Source: Rebecca billardiae RCC1528 (Eukaryota > Protista > Haptophyta). From it: a DNA stretch of 64,000 bases. The translations under genes were made by a program, and so were the position numbers. Below the pieces are notes generated by a model, which saw nothing but the letters and a program-made list of their open reading frames with translations, was not told the DNA's origin and made no database searches. The stretch spans positions 2,046,001 to 2,110,000 of the forward strand of contig OZ251231.1 in the NCBI GenBank assembly GCA_965240325.2, in the 5' to 3' direction. Of the stretch, positions 56,572 through 64,000 are shown one piece after another (the first letter of the stretch is position 1; each line of letters begins with the position of its first letter).

Positions 56572-58850
56572 CCCGGTACACTGCGGTCCCGGTAGACTCC
56601 GTAGTAACGGCACTAACGGCCATCGTCTGAATCTCACGATGACGACATCACTGATCACATCGGCATCGCTGCTACTGCTGTACTTATCCGCCTGCATGAT
56701 GATAGCCTCGCGGGTCCAAACGCACTGGAGCACTTTCGGGGATTTTATCGCCAAATGAACGCGGGCCCCTAGGCACGCGCTCACACCCGGAAACAGCGTA
56801 ACAAATGGGCCCAGCCCGGGCGCAGCAAAAGTTTCGGCCTAAAAATCGCATCCGTGGCCCGTCGTGAGCGTGCGCGCGCGCGCCGCGGACAACTACGGAC
56901 ACATAGAGAATCGTCAGTCCGAATGTGGGTAAGTACTTAGCCTAAATGAGCCCAAACGCACGAACTTACTTATTAGCGTACGTCGAGGCGAGCATGAACC
57001 CTGGTACAGGCCATTAGGATGGGCTGTGGTCTGTGCGCAAGTGGCCGTACTCAACTACTGCAAGATCGACTATATTACCCATTTATACCCGCATATTATG
57101 GGCAATGTACCCGCATAAGTATGATTTCTGGACCTGTATAATTAAAATGCCACTATGTCGTTACATATTCGCCATAGGTGGGTAGCTGTCCCAGGCTGCA
57201 CGATTAGTGCGGCGCTCGGGGTGCAGTGGTCGGACGAGGCTCCGCCTGGCCTTCCGCGCACTCCTGCAGACAAGAAGAGGGCCGGACTCCCACCCGGCCA
57301 GGCGTGCGGCAGTCGGTCAGGTGCTGGACCTGGTCTGGAGACCATCTCCTGCGTAGCAACTGGCCGAGTGGCCGATCTGCGGCACAACGCGCGCCGCCGT
57401 GAGCCACACGGCAGGTTCGCAATGGATCCGGATCGCGTGTCCATGGCGGCGTGCATCGAGTATTTCAAGCTGTCAAGTCGCGTGCCACGCCCGCCCTTTC
57501 ACTTGGGGCATCAGTACTGCCTACAACGACGACATGTGCGTCCTTAGATGAGGCATAATCGCGATTCTAGCTGCCCGTCCAAGGGTCAGATCGCACGTCT
57601 TTGCTCGCCCGACAGCCTCAACGGCGGACTGATGTGATCCGCGGGTGACGATGCGACCGCTTCGAGTGCGCCTACGGCCACCACCGGGGTGGGGATCGTT
57701 CATGGGCACCCTCTGCGTGCCATGACATGCTCTGGCCTTGCGTGGTGACTTGGCCCACCGCGCGTAAACGGGAAAGACACCCGAGCACGTGCTTCCGAGC
57801 CACCCGAATGGCACAATGTGCCACCCATGGACACCAAACACGTGCCAGAGCGCGAGCCTTGCGTGCTGGAGTAGCCGCACGACACCAAGGAAGACGTATG
57901 AGCGCTCTCAACCATCTTCAAGCGACGACTCCGTCGACTCTGCCTCGCAGACCGCGGTACGATCCTCGACCTTGTGCTCGCAGCAAAGGCCATGACGGTA
58001 AAGCAGCACCCAGGCGATGGGAGTCAGCCGGCAGCCACTACACTGCGACTGTACACACCCAGCCCCGCAAGGCGAGCCATCCTGCTCGCCACCAGCCCGT
58101 CATACAGCTCCACGAGGAGCACAAATCGACAGCCGCCGCTCAGGACGACCCATGCGCAAACGTGACGGGACTGGCCGGATGAAGCGTAGGCGATGCGCAG
58201 CGCGCCCAACGCTGGTGGTGGCATCGAGTACATGCTAGGGGTAGGCGGTGGCCCACACGAGCCGTCGCGTGGCCCGCATATTACCCGAGGTGGCCCGTCT
58301 CGAAGGCGCCGCGCAACCCAGCAGGTGAGCGTTCGACGCGCGCCGTCAGGCGAGAAGTCGACCTGGCGACGGACCGCGGGCGGCGGAAGCAACGCAGACA
58401 TGTCGCTCAAGGTGTGCACGCACACCACCGGGGCACCCGAACGATGTGTCCAGCACTACACCTGACATGAGGCGGCGCAGTCGTCCAGTCGAGGCTCTCG
58501 AGCCCCTTCCCGACCTTCGTCGCGGCGAGCCGTCGGACGGCCGGTGGCGATTTTTGACGAGCGCGACGAGCGACTAGAAAAATCGGGAGAAATCAGGCGC
58601 CGCCCAAAATCCGAAAAGGCTTTTTCACTGGCGAAAATCGGGATGGACCAGGCTATTATTTATTGATGACGCCGCGCCCGCCGATCCGCGAGCCGCGAGA
58701 CGACGCCGACGGATACTGAGTCTGATGGACTCTGATGCCAGTTCGAGGATATCCGTGATTCCGTCCGCATCTGAGTGACTGACAGTCTGATACTCGAGTG
58801 TCTGACGCTCAGACGCTGATGATGAGACGACGGCGCTGAATATATATATA

Positions 58851-58885
58851 CCACGTCGTTAATATATATATATTTAACGACGTGG
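58851..58885. repeat. Inverted repeat CCACGTCGTTAA/TTAACGACGTGG around a (TA)n spacer
   Basis: Seen directly. The same CCACGTCGTTAATATATAT occurs at 15604-15622. Confidence 0.85.
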
Positions 58886-59511
58886 CAGCATCGGACAAGC
58901 GTCAGGCTCAGAGTGCAACAGACACATAGAATGCGTCCGCGCCTTCCGTCCAGGTCAGACAGTGCGCCACCCGCAGCCCTGCCCCCCTACGGGAGCGGGG
59001 CCGGGATGGAGCACCGCCTCGGCCTGGGGCACGCGGCGGCGACGGCAGATGCCGCCGCGGCCGAGCGCCTTCCGGAGCACTTGGATGAGGGTGAGGTCGT
59101 AGTCGATGTCGCCGCCCGCCGACCTAGCGGCGAGCAGCTCCGGCAAGCGGCAGCCGCGGCTGTCGCCCCCGTGCGCCCGCGTGGGCGCCTGGATGAGGAT
59201 GAGGTCGTAGTACGCGTCGCCGCGCGCCGGCCAAGCGGCGCGCAGCTGCAGAAGAGGGGCTTGGAGAGTGAGCGCGCCGCCTAGCGCGCTCTGGGCGATG
59301 AAGCAGATGAGGTGGTAGTCGATGTCGCAGCCCAGCCCGCCGGCGGGCTGCTGCAGATGCAGTGCTTGATGCTGGGGAACCTGGCCCCTGGGCGCGTCAC
59401 ACCCCGCACCCCCTGCCCCACCTAGGGTGGAGCGAAGGGCACGGAGGAGGCCAGCGCCAAGGGCCAGATGGGTGCAGCGGCGTCCACCTGCTGCATCGCC
59501 CCCCGAGGCGA

Positions 59512-59513
<2 letters not shown>

Positions 59514-59551
<38 letters not shown>
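59514..59551. repeat. (TA)n microsatellite
   Basis: Seen directly in the sequence. Confidence 0.97.
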
Positions 59552-59554
<3 letters not shown>

Positions 59555-59918
59555 GATGATGACGAATCATAATATTATTGCATGTCACGCGCTGACTAGC
59601 TTGTAGCAGTTGTCATAGCTAACAGCAGGCGTTGAGTCTTGAGAGAGAGATGAGCCAGAGAGATAATAACCGGACGACTCGGATGCTGCCGTTGATGCGA
59701 TGTCAAAGCGCCGCCGCCGCCGCCGCGGCCCGCGCCGCTCGGTGACGGTCTCGGACGCGTGAGCGTCGCGCCGTCGCGCGCGCCGGCGCGGCGGACGAAA
59801 CGGGGAAGTGCTCATTGTCTGCCAGACATCACCTGCGTAGCTTTAGTTGCCTGCTGGTGGAACCGCGTACGATGACACGGATGACAGCGCTGACAACACC
59901 TGTGCGGATTAGGCAGAG

Positions 59919-59973
59919 TCACCGCCGCTCACCGCGTCTCAACCGCTCGCGTCGCAGATTGGAGTCGCCCCTT

Positions 59974-60004
<31 letters not shown>

Positions 60005-61259
60005 CCTCGCTCCCCTCCCCGTCCCCGTACCCACCACCGCCGCTGCCGTCGGCGTTGTCATGGCTGCCGTGCGAGTGCCGCCGCCGGTGCGCCTCGTGCT
60101 TCTTGCGCCGGATCCGCGCTATCCTTTCCATCAGGCGCTGCTGGTGCTCCCAGTACGCGTGGTGGGCCTGGCTGTCGGAGTGCCAGCGCGAGCAGCGCGG
60201 GATCACGTACGTCGGGTACTTCTCGCGCAGGTAGCTCATGAACTGGCGGTACACCCTGTCGACGCGCATCCGGTCGCCGCTGTTCCACCGCAGCTTGTCC
60301 CGGCTGGACGGGTGCGGCATGTGGATCACAAACTCGTCGCGCAGCACCCAGAACTCGTACGCGGCGTACTGCAGGTGGATGGTCCACTGCACCTTGTTCT
60401 TGCCGTACCCGGTGAACGACTGGTTGAAGCGCGGCATCTCCGGCGTGAGCCGCACCATCACATACGGCTCGTACTTGTCGCTCGCAAAGCACGTGATGCG
60501 CCGCAGCGTGTCGCGCTGCCGCCACCACGCCGAGTAGTCTGTCGAGTCGTGCGTGTAGCAGCCGGCGCAGAAGGGCGCGCAGTGCTGCATCGCCGAGCAG
60601 TGCCTCAACGCCGCCTGGTCGACCGGCGAGTTGCGCACCGCCCGCGCGTAGCACAGCTCCGCCTCGCTCCTCTTCTGGGCCGTGCCAAGCTTCACAAACT
60701 GCGCAACCGAGTCGGCAGGCTCGTAGAGCGCGCGCCCCCGGCCGTGGCATTGCTGCTCGCCGTACTGGAAGGCGGGCGCGACGACGGCCACGTCTTCACG
60801 CGTGCCGTACGACGGCGACTCGACGACGCCCATCAGCGACGCCCACAGCCGCGGGCTTGGAAGGAAGTCGATGTCGCAGATGAAGATGTGTGTCGTCCTC
60901 GCAGCCGCAATCGCGACGTTGCGCATCCAGTTGATGGGGTAGCGCATGGCGCCGTGCCGAGATTGCGGGTACGTGAAGTACTGCACATGTAGCCGCGAGA
61001 CGTTGCCCCCATAGAACTGCTCGTACTCCTGGGCATTCAGCGTGGGCTTCTTGCTCTTAGGCAGCAGGACTGTCACAGAGATCGGGCCGGCCCAGCGCGA
61101 GGCGATCTTGCGCAGTGCGTGCAGGCGGTCCAGCGTAAGCGTACTGATCAGCGTCACGCCGTTCTGCTGCTGGACGCTCGGCGGCAGGGCGAACGCAGCG
61201 GCGAGTATGAAGAACAGTGCGACGCACGGGCCGCGGAGCGCGGCGCGCAGCCCCGCCAT
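59919..61259 (-). CDS. Glycosyltransferase family 49 (LARGE/B4GAT1-like), 446 aa
   Basis: N-terminal anchor. VTLISTLTLDRL...RWAGPISV, YPINWMRNVA, IFICDIDFLPS (DxD), YEPYVMV, PRFNQSFTGYGKNKVQW, FVIHMPH. Confidence 0.9.
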
Positions 61260-61746
61260 CGCATGCGCGGTTTTGACTTTTGATGACCGACAATGAAATA
61301 AAGGGGCGCGCGGCGAGGGCGCTCCCGACCGGCTGCTGGGCGTTCTCACGACGCCAGCAGCACTTTCCGCAACGGGTGTCCCAGACCCGCCCGTGCCCCG
61401 TCCCAACTTACGAACTGCTGGTCATCATGACTGATGACCGCGATCCTGATCCTGATCACCTGGCGGACGTGAGTCGACGGCTTACGGCATGCGCCATGCG
61501 CCACGATTCTGAGAGTGAGTCGCTGAGGACATCCAAATGCCCCGCACAGAGTCTCGATGAGTGTCCCCACTGCCGTCGTGTCAAAGTCAGGCAAGAAATC
61601 GGGGATGCGGCGGCATGCAGCAGCCGGCGGCGCGGGCTGTCAGCGGTCAGGCAGGCACGGTGCGCGGGATGAATCCCGACAGTGAGGCGCACACAGCTGG
61701 CAGCGGCGTTCTAGTAGGCTGGTGCGTGCGATGCTAGGCGGTGAGC

Positions 61747-62580
61747 TCACGGCGCTGCGCCCGTGAAATGGATGCGCGTCCTCTGCGCCGATCCATCCTG
61801 GGCCGCGCCGTTGCTCGCGGCGTGCTGCTGCAGGCTGCGGATGTACATGCCAGACGAGCACGTCAGGTACACGCACAAGACCACAATCAGGGCGACGTAG
61901 CGGAGGCTTGGCGAGCCCTCCCCGCCCTTCTCGCCATCGAGGTGGTAGCACATGAAGGCGATCCACCCGCCCAGGCCCAGCCATGAGAGCGCTGCGCCCA
62001 CGACCACCCACCTGGGCAGTTTCTTCTCCTTCTTGCAGCGCGCGCCTTCAAGCTCCGTCTCGTACGGCAACCGGTACGGCTCGTTGCAGATGGCGCACGT
62101 GAGCCGGCTCTGGACCGAGCGCGTGCGCTTGGTCATGGAGTGGTTGAGGTACTCCTCGAGGCACGTCTGGTGCACGGAGAGCGAGTGGCACGCGCACACG
62201 TTCCCCACCAGCAGCGGGGGTGTGGCCTCCATGCAAATGAAGCACACGCGCTGATTCACATCCTGCTGCGTGTCGGCCTGGCCTTTCACGCTGCGCTCGG
62301 CGGCGTCACCACCACCTGGGCTGACAGAGGGAGTTGTAGGAGCGTCCTCAAGCGCATGCGCCTCGGCGCTGTCGACGACGATCGCGATAGATTCCAGCGC
62401 GGCGGGTGCACGTGCGTGCGGCCCGTCGTCCTGCTCCTCGCCCGCCGCGGCCGCGTCAGCTGGCGCGTTCGCCCCCTCGAGGTCGCGCCCAGCGGCGACG
62501 GTCGCATCGTCTGCAGCCGGTACACCGTCTACGGCTGCTTCTCTTTCGTGTCGTGCGTCGCCCTCTTCGTCGGAAATCAT
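61747..62580 (-). CDS. RING-CH (MARCH-type) membrane E3 ubiquitin ligase, 277 aa
   Basis: CFIC...VCAC...VHQTCLEEYL...CAIC (C4HC3) followed by two TM helices. Confidence 0.88.
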   Translation of the reverse strand: MISDEEGDARHEREAAVDGVPAADDATVAAGRDLEGANAPADAAAAGEEQDDGPHARAPAALESIAIVVDSAEAHALEDAPTTPSVSPGGGDAAERSVKGQADTQQDVNQRVCFICMEATPPLLVGNVCACHSLSVHQTCLEEYLNHSMTKRTRSVQSRLTCAICNEPYRLPYETELEGARCKKEKKLPRWVVVGAALSWLGLGGWIAFMCYHLDGEKGGEGSPSLRYVALIVVLCVYLTCSSGMYIRSLQQHAASNGAAQDGSAQRTRIHFTGAAP

Positions 62581-63469
62581 CGTCGCCTAATGAGGTCAAC
62601 CGGTGGCAGGCTGCCAGGCCGGGCGGCCGGGGGGGTTGCGGTTGGCGACTGGCGAGGAAGAACTTCCGCGTCATCCTTCGTCGCGGCGAATAAATTGCTC
62701 GCGGAATCGCCGTCGGCCTAATATCCAAGACCTTGATAGATAGCAGTGATGTACTGATGTGGGTACCAGTGCGTTCGTCAATACGTTGACGGCACGACGC
62801 AACGACCCTTCCAAAGATCATCAGTAATCGATCGTCCCTTCTCTTTGTACGGCAGATTCAAGATCTGATGAGAGGACAAACGGCTGATGAATCGCGATGG
62901 CGGAACGCGCGCCCACCTTGGCAGTGGGAGTCGTAATGCGCTACCTCACCGAGGCCGTGGGTCGGGGGAGACATCTAGGTACCGCTTGCGCACCCACCGT
63001 GCACCCGATGGGAGTGATGCGGTGCGCGCTGCGGGCTGCTGAGTGCAGGCTCGGTGTTCGCTGGCGCGAGCGGCCACCAAGTTGCCAGGTGAGAGCGACC
63101 GTGAGTGCACGCCCTGTGAGCTGCGGATGGTAGCATGGCGCACACCACTAGATGCTAGTACTCACGGCACCCGACGCACGACAAGGCCCTGGTCACGCGC
63201 ACCGCGCGTTGCCACGACCTCACGCGCATTGATACGCGCGGGGACGGCCGGCGTCGTGCCGGGCGCGGCCCGCCGGACCGGCGGTCCGTGAGGTGACTCC
63301 GCGTGAGAGTCAGGTGGCTCGGCGGCGCGGTGCCATCTGCGACTGATGCTGCTCGGATCTACAATGTCATAATCAGCATCATCGTCGTCTAAAAAGTAAA
63401 ATGCTGACGATCACGGTCCGATGGCGCATACATACGTCTCACGCCCATCGGCGTCGCGTCAATCCGTCA

Positions 63470-64000
63470 TCATGACTTATTGGATCCCCTCGAGTTGGAC
63501 CTCGAGCGCGCGAAGGAGAGCTTTGGCACGAGCATCCGCGCCGCGGGCGCGTGCCCGCCGTACTCGCCGTTGCGGCGGAACGACAAGCGCGGACGTGCAG
63601 CCGCTTCCGCCCCGTCGTCGGGGCGTGACACCCTGGCGCCAACACCGCCCTGGCGCATGGACGGCGGCACGCCGCGCGCGGACGGCGGCGCGCCGCGCGC
63701 GGACGGCGGCGCACCGCGCGCGGACGGCGGCGCACCGCGCGCGGACGGCGGCGCGCCACCGTTGCGCGTGTAGCTGTCCGATCGCGCCATGCCGCCGTTG
63801 CGCGCGCTCGGCAGCCTCCCTCTGTCGTCCGCGTAGCGCGCGCTCTCGAGCACAGCCTGCGTGTGCGCCTCGATCAGCTCCTTACGCGCGCGCCCTTTGA
63901 GCTGCGGCGGCGTGTTGCGGAAGTTCTGCTGCGGCGAATCGTACGCGCCGTTCGCGCCGCCGCCGCCGTTGCGCATGCCATTGGCGCTGCCACCAGAGGG
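63470..64000 (-). CDS. 3' part of a gene entering from the right edge; low-complexity tail with PPSARG repeats
   Basis: Open frame to the stop at 63470 with GAPPSAR repeats. No recognisable domain in the window. Confidence 0.55.
   Translation of the reverse strand, partial: PSGGSANGMRNGGGGANGAYDSPQQNFRNTPPQLKGRARKELIEAHTQAVLESARYADDRGRLPSARNGGMARSDSYTRNGGAPPSARGAPPSARGAPPSARGAPPSARGVPPSMRQGGVGARVSRPDDGAEAAARPRLSFRRNGEYGGHAPAARMLVPKLSFARSRSNSRGSNKS
63659..63757. repeat. 21-bp tandem repeat (about 4.7 copies) encoding GAPPSAR
   Basis: Unit ggacggcggcgc(a/g)ccgcgcgc. Confidence 0.9.

Noticed and set aside
3278-61259. Functional gene cluster for surface glycoprotein biogenesis (ShKT-KDEL, extensin-like, SLC35B1, GT49, giant receptor)
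   Set aside because: The genes are interspersed with unrelated housekeeping genes. Such neighbours are expected by chance in a compact eukaryotic genome without co-expression evidence.

Overview
Very GC-rich, gene-dense eukaryotic nuclear DNA. It has short GC-rich spliceosomal introns, many signal or bipartite plastid-type leaders, and AT-richer microsatellite-containing spacers. The style fits a haptophyte alga such as a Pavlovales member, which is an inference. About 20 protein-coding genes are supported: an IQ-motif membrane protein, a six-ShKT KDEL protein, a RUN+DUF726 protein, a U/P-type cyclin, a TraB/GumN-like protein, a Pro-rich SRCR membrane protein, an ATM1-like ABC half transporter, a cytochrome b5-fused front-end desaturase, a ~4,300-aa PPC-repeat/PA/FN3 type I membrane protein, an SLC6 symporter, organellar RF1, a CPA2 antiporter, SLC35B1, a TTI2-like HEAT protein, an SthA-like flavoprotein, a GT49 glycosyltransferase, a RING-CH ligase, and partial genes at both ends. 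The main non-coding features are (1) a 5.56-kb nested non-autonomous DNA transposon 60 bp upstream of the SLC6 start, whose outer foldback/MULE-like element has palindromic TIR subrepeats and a 9-11-bp TSD and whose inner element has 908-bp TIRs and a 4-bp TSD; (2) a tRNA-headed SINE-like element with a structured body; (3) a perfect 37-bp palindrome in a divergent promoter; (4) recurrent short motifs beside (TA)n tracts; and (5) introns with self-complementary ends. Most other ORFs in the track are GC-driven shadow frames.
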